64,000 nucleotides of DNA. Origin: Tetramitus jugosus. Its lineage: Eukaryota; Protista; Heterolobosea. The translations under genes were made by a program, and so were the position numbers. The stretch spans positions 248,001-312,000 of the forward strand of contig OW569348.1 of assembly GCA_937625935.1 (NCBI GenBank), read 5' to 3'. Below, in pieces: positions 54,434 through 64,000 of the stretch; the first letter of the stretch is position 1; each line of letters starts with the position of its first letter. A model generated the notes under the pieces. That model was not told the origin of the DNA and ran no database searches. It was given only the letters and a program-made list of their open reading frames with translations.

Positions 54434-55960
54434 TCAATTTGATATCGTTCTCTTCGAGCGAACTGGAAGAGTCGTTCCCAGGAGTAACAAGGATTCTGAT
54501 TGACCCAGATTGCATGCAGCCTTAATGAAAAGTAGAAGCTCTTGAGGAGTGAACAGCATTGTTGGCTCCACGCTTTCAAAGATATCCTCTCGTGTCAACG
54601 TTTCATACCGTATCAACGGTAGTATCTGCGCCAAGTAACTGCGCAGGGAAGAAACCGTTACATGAGCGATTGTTCGTTGCTCCAAGCGATTATATTGAGC
54701 CAATTCAACAATCTTCTCATTTCCACTCCTATAAAAATGTAATCTATACCCTAATTTCGTATTCTTATGAACCAATACCCTATCTGTGCTATTCAACGTG
54801 CAAATCTCTCGACAATTTCCATTAGAATACAGTTTGAAAGTACCCCACAATAACAAATCGAGAAAGAGCTTTGACTCACTCTCTACAGAAACATCAGAAT
54901 GTAATGCCCGAGAAATTGCAACTTCACTGGCTTTTAGTAGCTGTTTGCTCGCAAATATAGAGTGAATATTGACTCCCATCGCTAATTTCAACTCGTTCGT
55001 AACATCCTTCTTTTGCTTTCTCGTAGAGTTTGCATGTATTGAACTCAGCGATGCAACAATGCTCTGAATATTTGTATGTTCACAATCACGATCAAGCAAA
55101 CTCTGCACAATATGACTCAACACAATATGTTGCAACGAATGATATGATATCTTGTTTGAATAAGCAAACAAATCGACTGCCTCCTCCACACAATCAAACT
55201 GAAACAAGCATCCACTGGCTGCAAACTCCAACACTCGTCTATATATTGAAACAGTGGCTTTGATCGTTCCAGAGTCTTCCTTTACCTCGTTTTTCGTTAT
55301 ATCAAACTCTATAAACGATTGTGCCTCATTCATCATGTCTTTGTCAGCATATTCGTTCATCACCTTGCAAATCAATTTCCAAAAACAAGTGGATCGACAA
55401 CAGAGAATCGCCCTCGATGAATAGAGGCATGAATCTTGTACATGGAAGGCAATGTCATAAAAGGGACGAGGGGCATTGGCAAGGGCATCAAATCTCCTTG
55501 ATTTCTTCTTGACGATCAAAACATTTTGATCAATCGAAGGATTCCAATCATCAGTCGATGTGGATAGGGAGGAAGAGGATGGCGACGACGAAAGTGGTGA
55601 TTGCTTTTCATTGGATATGAATAGCACCTTTTGAGGTGATGTTGCTAGCGCAACTGTATTCTCATCCGATGCATTGGAGCTCAAGCGCCTCCGCTTCTTG
55701 TTGGCTACGGGGGGAATTTCTTTTTGGAGGGACCACACTGGAGAATTAGAATTCTCTAGCTTGATCGTTGTTGGAACATTGGTAGGAGTTGTAGTTGGTG
55801 GAGAAATTGTAATTGGCGGGAGAATGGAGTCTGGATGAGGAGTGTTGTGGCCACGGTATCGTTTCCGACTCATTCTTGGTGTGGTTCTTCGGTATGACAT
55901 ATCATCTTCGAGATGGTCGTTTGTCTCACGAGTATCGATCAAGTGGTTCTGGTCGTTCAT
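54434..55960 (-). CDS. BTB/POZ-BACK-like domain protein (divergent)
   Basis: FYDIAFHV…RAILCCRSTCFWKL, RRVLEF, VESESKLF…W, LPLIRYETLT. Confidence 0.75.
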   Translation of the reverse strand: MNDQNHLIDTRETNDHLEDDMSYRRTTPRMSRKRYRGHNTPHPDSILPPITISPPTTTPTNVPTTIKLENSNSPVWSLQKEIPPVANKKRRRLSSNASDENTVALATSPQKVLFISNEKQSPLSSSPSSSSLSTSTDDWNPSIDQNVLIVKKKSRRFDALANAPRPFYDIAFHVQDSCLYSSRAILCCRSTCFWKLICKVMNEYADKDMMNEAQSFIEFDITKNEVKEDSGTIKATVSIYRRVLEFAASGCLFQFDCVEEAVDLFAYSNKISYHSLQHIVLSHIVQSLLDRDCEHTNIQSIVASLSSIHANSTRKQKKDVTNELKLAMGVNIHSIFASKQLLKASEVAISRALHSDVSVESESKLFLDLLLWGTFKLYSNGNCREICTLNSTDRVLVHKNTKLGYRLHFYRSGNEKIVELAQYNRLEQRTIAHVTVSSLRSYLAQILPLIRYETLTREDIFESVEPTMLFTPQELLLFIKAACNLGQSESLLLLGTTLPVRSKRTISN

Positions 55961-56058
55961 CTTATCGTTCCTTCATTGACCTTTCGCAAAGGTGGTTGTT
56001 TGGTTGTTCACTTTTTTTTGTTTCAAGAATTGGTTTATTGTAAAATTAAATAAGTTTT

Positions 56059-57878
56059 TTATTTGTTGCTGTAGGTATTTCTCTTTCTAGAGTATGGGTT
56101 CTTGCTTGTCTTTGAGAAGTGCTCAAGGAAGAGATTGTCTGGAGTGACAACAAGGATTGGTGCTTCGATTGCTGGTTCGTTTTGAGAGGTAGCAGCAAAC
56201 TGACTGTCCACCACTCTCTCATCATTCTCCTTCTTCATGGTGTATGCTTGCAAGTTTCCTTTCTTGACCTCCCTAAAGTTCCAAGTAATCAAGTATTGAC
56301 CAGTGGATGAAACAATCCATGTTTCGCCATCAGAGCCCGCATTAAATCTAGCATGGCTGAAGCTAACCTTTCCCACAGTTCTTTGATCAATTGGCTTTAG
56401 TCGCAACAACTTTGGAACAGGTTTATCGTCAGCACTAGCCCTTCCCTGGAAGCAGTTTGAGTCATTTGGTAGAGAGGTATCAATCAACATCAAATATGAG
56501 TCACAAGTTGCAACGACCCACTTCGAGTCGAGTGATACATCAATGGACTTGATTGGCTCACCAAGACCAGACAACATCACCTTTGCTGTCTTAGGATGAA
56601 CACCCGACTTGGTTCTCTTGAAGCATCCTGGAGTTCCACTGTACATTCTGATTTCACCCTTCTTGTTACCAACTGCAAGACTACCATCAGCTGAAGTGCC
56701 AAGAGATGTAAACGAAGGATTCTTTGCATATGTATACTTGTTCACATCTACAGCCTTCTCCTTGCTTGATAATCTCGGATCAATGGAGAACAAGGTGTTT
56801 GTGTTCATAGCAGAGAACACTGCCTCACTTGTACGTGGTGCATACTTGTCCAGTGGTGCCATTTTCAAAACTGGTGTATACTTTGCGGCTGTCCATTCAT
56901 CTACTACTTCTCCTCTGTTCAAATCAACATTGTACACAATACTTTGATTATCCTCATCTGGATTATCATGCAAGCACAACAGATTATTGTCGTGATTGTA
57001 GAGCATGATACTAGTGGGAATAAACTCCTTCTTATTACTCGTTGACTTTATATCGGCCAATGTATCAATGTACTCTGGCTTATCACCACGCTTAAACACA
57101 CCAATATTAGGTCCACGAACAACAAATGATCTCAAATGTCTGTATGAATCAGCTGCTTCCGTATTCTTGTACTTCTTCTCTGGTATGTTACCACCGTCAC
57201 TCTCTGAATCACTGTCTTCTTCCTCATCTTCCTCTTCCTCCTCACTTTCGTCATCATCGCGTGTCAAGTCATAAAACTCTGAATCACTCGAAATTTGGGA
57301 ATCAAGCTTCTCATTGTCCGTAGTTGAACCAACAATGCAATTCTGATCAATAATAGACAACTTTGAAAAGCTCTCTCGCAATTGAGTCTCATAAATACAA
57401 CTGGTGAACACTTTGGTAAAATCGTCTTCTTCCTCCTCGTAATCAAACACGATACTGAACGAAGCAAGCGGTTCCAACAGAGTCCAAACAATGCTTCTCG
57501 TTGAAGGATAGTGAACATAGTTCATACTGGAAGAAATATCCTGTACCAGCAACGTCTCATCACCATCGAGCTCCTTGAGAGTCAATGCAACTATTTGATC
57601 AAAAAAATACGAATAAGGGGGTTAGCTCACTTCAGGGTGAAGACACACAAAAACAATCATGGAAAAAAAGGGGTGCCGAACATACAGTCATAGGGTGTAG
57701 AACTATCAACCTTTGATAGAATTGCTTCTACATTGCAATCAAAAACGAATAATTCGCTTGGGGCATCATAGTGGTACAATCGTCCGGTGGCACGAAGCAA
57801 AACGGTCTCTTCATCAATCTCCCATTCGGTGTGGGTAGAGGTGGTCTTTGGATAGATGTTGGAATGAATATCTGGCAT
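56059..57878 (-). CDS. VID27: VID27/CYPRO4-family protein; exons 57878-57686 and 57590-56059
   Basis: RSFVVRGPNIGVF, DLNRGEVVDEW, LFSIDPRL, GEIRMY, GLGEPIKSIDVS…W-V-V-ATC. Intron 57591-57685. Confidence 0.85.
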
Positions 57879-58121
57879 TTGTTTTTGTTTTTGATCGCAA
57901 ATTTTTGACCTTCCTCAAAAAAAGGTGTGTTTTGAAGGACTTTTATGCTAGTTTGTGTACAAGAAACTTGTTGAAAATGAGATACAAATTGTATCGAGTG
58001 TTCAAAAAACAAAGGTTTTCCTTGCAAAAAAACCTTCAAAAAAGAAGAGACTTTGGTGTTCAAAAATGTTTTTTACTATTGTTGTTTATACTATAGAACA
58101 AGGTTACCCGTAAAATGAGTC

Positions 58122-60047
58122 TTAGTCGACGTCCAAGTCTTCGAATGATGGTTGAGAAGTTGGTTGAGATGGTTGTTGGTCTTGTTGGAAGTCTGGCATT
58201 CCAGCTCCAGCACCACCTTGGTACATCTTAGAAATGATTGGGTTAGCAACAGCTTCCAAATCCTTTTGTCTTCTTTCGTACTCTTCCTTGGAGGCAGATT
58301 GGTTCTCGTCCAACCAGTTGATAGCATCATCAACAGCCTTCTTCAAGGATTCCTTATCCCCACCAGAGAGCTTTCCACCAACATTTGGATCTTCCAAGGT
58401 GTTTCTCATTTGGTATGCATAGGATTCCAATCCGTTCTTAGCTTGAACCTTTGCCAAGTTCTCTTCGTCTTCCTTCTTCATTTCTTCAGCCTTTCTCAAC
58501 ATTTCGTCGATTTCCTTTTGGGACAATCTACCCTTGTCGTTGGTAATGGTGATCTTTTCTTCCTTTCCAGAGGAGGTATCCTTGGCGGAGACGTTCATGA
58601 TACCGTTGGCATCCAAGTTGAAGGTGACTTCAATCTTTGGAACACCTCTTGGTGCTGGTGGAATGCCAGACAATTCGAACTTACCCAAAAGGTTGTTGTC
58701 CTTGGTCATAGCTCTCTCACCTTCGAAGACTTGAATCAAGACACCAGGTTGGTTATCAGCATAAGTGGTGAAGGTTTGGGACTTCTTGCAAGGAATAGTT
58801 GTGTTTCTCTCAATCAACTTGGTCATGACACCACCAGCGGTCTCAATACCCAAAGACAATGGAGCAACATCGATCAACAAGACCTTGTCTTGCTTTCCGG
58901 TTAAGACAGCAGCTTGAACAGCAGCACCATAGGCAACAGCCTCGTCAGGGTTGATGTTCTTGCAGAGTTCCTTACCGTTGAAGAATTCCCTCAACATTTC
59001 TTGGACCTTTGGAATTCTGGTGGAACCACCGACCAAGACAACATCGTGGATTTGACCCTTGTCCAACTTGGAGTCAGTCAAAACCTTCTTGACTGGTTCC
59101 AAGCAAGATCTGAACAAATCAGCGTTCATTTGCTCGAACTTAGCTCTGGTGATTGGGGACTCGAAGTCAATGCTGTCCATCAAGGAGTCGATTTGGACAG
59201 TGGTCTTAGCAGCAGAAGACAAGTTTCTCTTTGCTCTTTCGCAAGCAGTTCTCAATCTTCTCAAAGCTCTTGGATTCTCAGACAAATCCTTCTTGTATTT
59301 ACGCTTGAATTCATCTCTGAAGTGTTCAACCATTCTGTTATCAAAATCTTCACCACCCAAGTGAGTATCACCAGCAGTAGCCTTGACTTCGAAGACACCA
59401 TCTTCAATGGACAAGATGGAAACATCGAATGTACCACCACCCAAATCAAAGATCAAAACGTTTCTTTCACCCTTGGTTTCCTTGTTCAAACCATAAGCGA
59501 TAGCAGCAGCGGTTGGTTCGTTGATAATTCTCAACACTTCCAAACCAGCAATTGTACCAGCATCCTTGGTAGCTTGTCTTTGAGCATCGTTAAAGTAAGC
59601 AGGAACAGTGACGACAGCCTTCTTGACAGTTTGACCCAAGTAGCTCTCAGCACATTCTCTCATCTTGACCAAGATCATGGAAGAGATTTCTTCTGGGGAG
59701 AAGGTTTCAGTCTTTCCCTTGAATTCAACTTGGATGAATGGCTTGCCACCATCCTTCTCAACAACCTTGAATGGCCAGTGCTTCATATCTTGTTGCACGT
59801 GATGGTCAGAAAAGTTTCTACCGATCAATCTCTTGGCATCGAAGACAGTGTTGTGTGGGTTCATAGCAACTTGGTTCTTTGCGGAGTCACCAATCAATCT
59901 TTCAGAGTCGGTGAAAGCGACATAGGATGGAGTAGTTCTGTTACCTTGATCGTTTGGAATAATTTCGACAGTATCGTTTTGCCATACACCAACGCAGGAG
60001 TATGTGGTACCGAGATCAATACCGATTGCACCGTTATAGTCACCCAT
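58122..60047 (-). CDS. HSP70: Cytosolic heat-shock protein 70
   Basis: [40 protein letters not shown]; no signal or transit peptide; intronless. Confidence 0.98.
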   Translation of the reverse strand: MGDYNGAIGIDLGTTYSCVGVWQNDTVEIIPNDQGNRTTPSYVAFTDSERLIGDSAKNQVAMNPHNTVFDAKRLIGRNFSDHHVQQDMKHWPFKVVEKDGGKPFIQVEFKGKTETFSPEEISSMILVKMRECAESYLGQTVKKAVVTVPAYFNDAQRQATKDAGTIAGLEVLRIINEPTAAAIAYGLNKETKGERNVLIFDLGGGTFDVSILSIEDGVFEVKATAGDTHLGGEDFDNRMVEHFRDEFKRKYKKDLSENPRALRRLRTACERAKRNLSSAAKTTVQIDSLMDSIDFESPITRAKFEQMNADLFRSCLEPVKKVLTDSKLDKGQIHDVVLVGGSTRIPKVQEMLREFFNGKELCKNINPDEAVAYGAAVQAAVLTGKQDKVLLIDVAPLSLGIETAGGVMTKLIERNTTIPCKKSQTFTTYADNQPGVLIQVFEGERAMTKDNNLLGKFELSGIPPAPRGVPKIEVTFNLDANGIMNVSAKDTSSGKEEKITITNDKGRLSQKEIDEMLRKAEEMKKEDEENLAKVQAKNGLESYAYQMRNTLEDPNVGGKLSGGDKESLKKAVDDAINWLDENQSASKEEYERRQKDLEAVANPIISKMYQGGAGAGMPDFQQDQQPSQPTSQPSFEDLDVD

Positions 60048-60231
60048 TTTGTATTAGTTTTTTCTGTTTGTTGTTGTTTTGTTGTTGTTTTTGGTTGTGT
60101 GAAAGGACAAAGCTTCCGTGTTTTGAATGATGCCGCAATTTCATGAGCACCTTCGGAAATGCCATTGTAAGGTGTCACCCAGGAAAACTTCCTGCTTTTT
60201 CAGCGTGTGGAATGTATATTTCCCCGGATCA

Positions 60232-60268
60232 GGAAATTTCGAGATTCAACCGGAAAACGGAAACTTCA
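60232..60268. promoter_or_regulatory. Heat-shock-element-like nGAAnnTTCn units upstream of HSP70
   Basis: gGAAatTTCg (60232-60241) and gGAAacTTCa (60259-60268), about 190-220 bp upstream of the ATG. Confidence 0.5.
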
Positions 60269-60588
60269 AACAATTCTGTTCCGATAACCTTGCGTATTTG
60301 ATCCACGTTTGTTCTTCAATATTTTACTTGTCCTCTCATATTAATAAGCTGTAGATCGTTTGCTGTAGCTGTAAGAATTTGAGGATCATTGTTGCTTTGA
60401 TTATGAATAACGACGGTTGTCGCACTGTTTCATCTCTCCCGCTTTGGCAGCAAAAATAAACCTTGTTTTTGTCCTTCAAACAGGCTGCACAGAAAACACA
60501 TCGTTCGATTGAATTGATTTAGATTTGTTGCTGCTCCTGACTTCTTCTTCAAAAAAAAGCCACTCTCAACAGAATCATCATCATCATC

Positions 60589-61440
60589 ATGACGTCCAAA
60601 CACAAGCAACACATTCCTCAACAGTGCATCTCACGACTCCAAAAGGAATATGTTCAGATACAGCGCGAGTCCATCCCCAATATTGACTGTGCTCCGAGAG
60701 AAGACAACATTCTAGAGTGGCACTATGTCATTCACAGTTTAACCGAACAGCATAGCCTGAGCTTTTCCGGTGGAAATTATCATGGAAAACTCGTGTTCAG
60801 TCCACAGTATCCGTACAAACCGCCTTCCATCTACATGTCCACTCCGAATGGCAGATTTCAAATCAATCAGAGAATATGCACCAGCATGAGTGATTTTCAT
60901 CCAGAGTCTTGGAGACCACTGTGGTCCATTCGGTCTATTCTCATCGGACTATTGAGCTTTTTTTTAGATGAAAAAGAGCCACAGACGTATGGCAGTGTAC
61001 AGACGAGTACGGAAGACAAGAGAAAGATGGCACTGGTGAGTCTTCAGTACAATGTAAATCATGTTCCACTGTTCAAGGACTTGTTTCCACAGTTTGTTCA
61101 ATTGCATCAACAACAAGTGATGCAATTCAAGCAACAACAGCAACAGCGACAACAATTGCACTCATTGGTTGGCAGTTGTAGTAGCAGTAGTAGTAGCAAT
61201 CATACGAATAATAATAGTGATAGTGATGATGCATCATCTCATCAGATGAGAATACGGAATACGAGGGCATCATCTCATCATTTGAGCGAATCAACATCAG
61301 CAGTGTTGCACACGGGAACACAGCAAGTTCAATGGTTGAATCGAATTCAGTCAGTGCTAAACAATAGCTATCTGACAACAATCTTGAACGTCATTGTATT
61401 TCTAATTGTGGCTGCACTCATTCTCTATGTAGCTATCTAA
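60589..61440 (+). CDS. UBC6: ER ubiquitin-conjugating enzyme Ubc6/UBE2J2-like
   Basis: RLQKEY, NILEWHYVI, YPYKPP, TPNGRF, ICTSMSDFHPESW, C-terminal tail anchor. Confidence 0.92.
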   Translation: MTSKHKQHIPQQCISRLQKEYVQIQRESIPNIDCAPREDNILEWHYVIHSLTEQHSLSFSGGNYHGKLVFSPQYPYKPPSIYMSTPNGRFQINQRICTSMSDFHPESWRPLWSIRSILIGLLSFFLDEKEPQTYGSVQTSTEDKRKMALVSLQYNVNHVPLFKDLFPQFVQLHQQQVMQFKQQQQQRQQLHSLVGSCSSSSSSNHTNNNSDSDDASSHQMRIRNTRASSHHLSESTSAVLHTGTQQVQWLNRIQSVLNNSYLTTILNVIVFLIVAALILYVAI

Positions 61441-61687
61441 TGTGTAGTGTATTGCTCTTTTTGGAGGAGCTCCCAAAGTGTTACTCCGGCTGTCATTTGA
61501 CGTGCCTGTCCCTTCACGAACAATAAAAATGGCGAACAATCCGGTTTGAGCCAATGATTTCCCCTCCTTGAAAAAAACCGCACATCATGTGAACTCCCCA
61601 GTGTTGCTGAGATTCAAACAATACCACCTCCAACGGGAGAAAAAAAAAAGCAACACAATCAACACATTATCTTTTTGACATACTAAA

Positions 61688-62119
61688 ATGGGTGGATCTG
61701 CATCAACAGCCAACACAACACTTCTCAAAGAAGTGATCGACGCCAATTCCAATGTTTTCAGTTTGCCTACAAGAGGCCTTAAAATGAGTGAATCTGAAGT
61801 GAAATCACTGTGGGACAGTTATGACGTGGACAGGAGTGGTATCCTAGAGATTAAGGAAGCAGAAAAGTTTATACTTGATTTGTTGGATGGATTGGAGCGG
61901 AAGGAAATTGAAGTGGCAAAGCAGTTGTTTGATGATGATAAAGCAATTTTGAAACAGGAGACATCAGATATAAAAGCACTGTACACCAAGCTAAGGACCA
62001 ACAGAGACAAGTTCGTAAAGACGTTGGACGCCAATTCAGACGGTGTGGTTGAGTATGATGAATTTGCCCAGTTTTTGGACGGATTCAGAGTGTCGCAAAT
62101 TAAGCAATCTGTAAAATAA
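61688..62119 (+). CDS. Small EF-hand protein with predicted N-myristoylation
   Basis: MGGSAS start; EF loops DVDRSGILEIKE and DANSDGVVEYDE. Confidence 0.88.
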   Translation: MGGSASTANTTLLKEVIDANSNVFSLPTRGLKMSESEVKSLWDSYDVDRSGILEIKEAEKFILDLLDGLERKEIEVAKQLFDDDKAILKQETSDIKALYTKLRTNRDKFVKTLDANSDGVVEYDEFAQFLDGFRVSQIKQSVK

Positions 62120-62208
62120 AATGATGACAATGACAATGGCGGATAACATAAATTTTAAAGGTTTTCTTCTTTGATAGCTCGAGTGTTTTCTGCAGTGATC
62201 TCTCATTT

Positions 62209-63291
62209 TTATTTCTGTGTAATCAAAACGTCTGACATGACCAGATTGTGATCTGTGCACTCGTTGGAGTCAACAATCGATGCTTCTTTGACTTCAAGTA
62301 GGGTACTGTCGGGCTTATGCCATTGCAGGATATAGTCAATTCGTGTGTTGAAACGGCAGGTCGATAGGTCAAATGCAACCTTAATACCATTGACTGCATT
62401 ATTTACATGTGGTGGATATTGATTCTTTTTTTGCATGATGCTCTGTAGAATATCAGTGAACTCCATTTGCCTCAAAGTGTTCATGAGACCGAACTGAGGC
62501 GATTCCCATGCGCCCTTGGATCTCACACGGGCCACTTCATACAATTCTTCGTCTGAATAATCTCCTCTTGTCAGTGCATTGAAATCTCCCAAGACAAATA
62601 TTTGTTCAATCCCCGAATATGTCATATCTCGCATGTGCAAGCGACGATAACGATCTTTCTGTTCATCAATCACAGTACCAACGATACCTTGCGCACTATG
62701 GTTTCCACCACGCGCCCAAAAAGACAATACATCTGCAAATTCCTTCCATTGATTCAATCGATTCTCTTCCTTGATATGATCGAGGTGCGTGCTACAAAAC
62801 AGTGCAGTCGGAAGTTGAGTCAACTTGATGCACAATATTGCTCGATGACCAACTGCAATTCTCGATACACAGTTGATCGCATCAGAGATTGGATATCTAG
62901 ACAACACAGCATTTCCATACTCCTCATAATCCGCATGTCCAAACACAAAATACTTGAATCCACACGCTTGTGCCAACTGTTCCAGACTACTCGCTTCTCT
63001 GCCATCATCATCATCCTCATCACTGTCATCCTTGTTCTCAAAGGAGTTATCGACCCAGACTTCATTCAATGAGAGAATATCAATCTGCAGAGGATCAATC
63101 ATTGCAATCAGACGTTGAAGGTTTGGTTTCATTCGGGAATCGACCCAGTTATGTACATTTAAAGTGGCAATTCTCAGCGTACTTGGTAAGCAAGGAGTTG
63201 GAAAATTGTCTTGTGAGAGACGTGCTTTTTTTGCAGCTCTTTTGGACGTGAATGAGTTGATCGTATGTATGTTGGGGCGAATGATACGCAT
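62209..63291 (-). CDS. Endonuclease/exonuclease/phosphatase (EEP) family protein
   Basis: LRIATLNVH, LNEV, YGNAVLSRYPI, THLDH, GDFNAL, RIDYI, TDHNLV; first ATG at 63291. Confidence 0.9.
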   Translation of the reverse strand: MRIIRPNIHTINSFTSKRAAKKARLSQDNFPTPCLPSTLRIATLNVHNWVDSRMKPNLQRLIAMIDPLQIDILSLNEVWVDNSFENKDDSDEDDDDGREASSLEQLAQACGFKYFVFGHADYEEYGNAVLSRYPISDAINCVSRIAVGHRAILCIKLTQLPTALFCSTHLDHIKEENRLNQWKEFADVLSFWARGGNHSAQGIVGTVIDEQKDRYRRLHMRDMTYSGIEQIFVLGDFNALTRGDYSDEELYEVARVRSKGAWESPQFGLMNTLRQMEFTDILQSIMQKKNQYPPHVNNAVNGIKVAFDLSTCRFNTRIDYILQWHKPDSTLLEVKEASIVDSNECTDHNLVMSDVLITQK

Positions 63292-63412
63292 CTCGTTTGT
63301 TCTCCTTGTTTGTTTTGTGTTGTGAACAAAAAAGTAGGAACAATTTTTTTTCGAGAACTTTATAAGTTGCGAGAGAGCCCTATTTGCTTGATTCAAACAA
63401 GGAGATGTAGCA

Positions 63413-64000
63413 TTTTTGTTTTTTAATACAACTCAGTTGCTCTTTATTGGTTCGTCAGCTTTCTTAGTGTTTCAATGCATGTTCTTCCGGGGACGCTCGA
63501 AGAGCGTTACCACTATTTACAGTCTTTCGATTGCTGGTAGAGTGTGTGCATCGTACGGATACAACGACTCTTCACCCAGCTCACAAAACTGCGTGCTTTG
63601 CGATGGACTGGTTCCTGCTACATCCCATATTTAACCAACGAGTCCATTACTTAATCAAGAGCCTCGCTTTCGATGCCCACATCCCACAGAGGTACTCCTT
63701 GCTCGTCGTCCTGCGTGTCGGCCAGAGATACCCGTTCCTGAAATTCACCTTGTCGAATCACAAGTTGACAGTTTTCAGCCAGGAGACCCTACTGGTCAGT
63801 AGCCTTGTGTACAGTTTCGCTAGGCAGCTAAGCAGGCTAATTGGCCTATAATTGTCCAGGTTATTCCAGTCGCCCTTCTTGTACGCTGGTATGATGATGC
63901 TGCGCTTCCATTGGAAGTGATAATACGGAAGAACTGAGAAAGTATCACGGATCGGTTTTGAGTGATGCCATTCGTTCCACTGTGCGAGGTGTATCCTACT
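63413..64000 (-). mobile_element. Degraded, internally deleted non-LTR retrotransposon, copy C, with reverse-transcriptase fragment (probably continues past the window edge)
   Basis: Minus strand 63910-63782 reads WKRSIIIPAYKKGDWNNLDNYRPISLLSCLAKLYTRLLTSRVS (LINE RT N-terminal motif). C-terminus …GIESEALD*VMDSLVKYGM*QEPVHRKARSFVSWVKSRCIRTMHTLY…*, then AATAAA and an A-rich tail at 63424-63413. Confidence 0.9.

Noticed and set aside
57615-57630. AAGGGGGTTAGCTCA matching the 5' end of tRNA-Trp
   Set aside because: No rest of a cloverleaf; it is the reverse complement of the VID27 intron branch site (GCTAAC) and adjacent pyrimidines.
58152-60146. Long plus-strand ORFs (250 and 410 aa) antisense to HSP70
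   Set aside because: Well-known antisense shadow of codon-biased HSP70 genes; no independent motifs.
62209-63291. EEP gene as the APE endonuclease of the neighbouring LINE
   Set aside because: It lies downstream of the element's poly(A) tail, is intact, and has cellular EEP motifs (YGNAVLSRYPI, THLDH). LINE endonucleases lie upstream of RT.

Overview
Gene-dense, intron-poor, AT-rich eukaryotic DNA from a protist. Short GT-AG introns, poly-T/Q/S/N tracts, centriole genes and PTS2 peroxisomal signals fit a free-living amoeba or amoeboflagellate, but I cannot assign the taxon from sequence alone. The window holds about 37 protein genes, mostly housekeeping (TRAPPC1, RhoGEF, vWA, MFS, CDK5RAP1, PC4, SMC4, FAM161, RPL11, RAB3GAP2, PEDS1, katanin p60, acyl-CoA oxidase, VID27, HSP70, UBC6), and two tRNA genes (Trp-CCA, Val-TAC). 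Main finding: three pieces of one non-LTR retrotransposon family. Copy A has a poly(A) tail and a 14-bp target-site duplication. Copies A and B each lie head-to-head just upstream of a tRNA gene (54 bp for A), the geometry of Dictyostelium TRE5, which suggests a tRNA-gene-targeted LINE. Copy C carries the reverse-transcriptase motif that identifies the family. Second finding: a secreted modular precursor (Cys-rich peptide, cationic amphipathic helix, CX3C-CX3C peptide, NlpC/P60 hydrolase) with repeated acidic spacers, which looks like an antibacterial polyprotein. Other oddities are a PTS2-bearing TTM-like protein whose intron folds over its own 3' splice site, several proteins that have lost catalytic or ligand residues (SF1 helicase, F-box-Rho fusion, hemerythrin), a GON7-like candidate and a Pol III-like small RNA candidate. 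All family assignments come from motif recognition by eye; no database searches were run.
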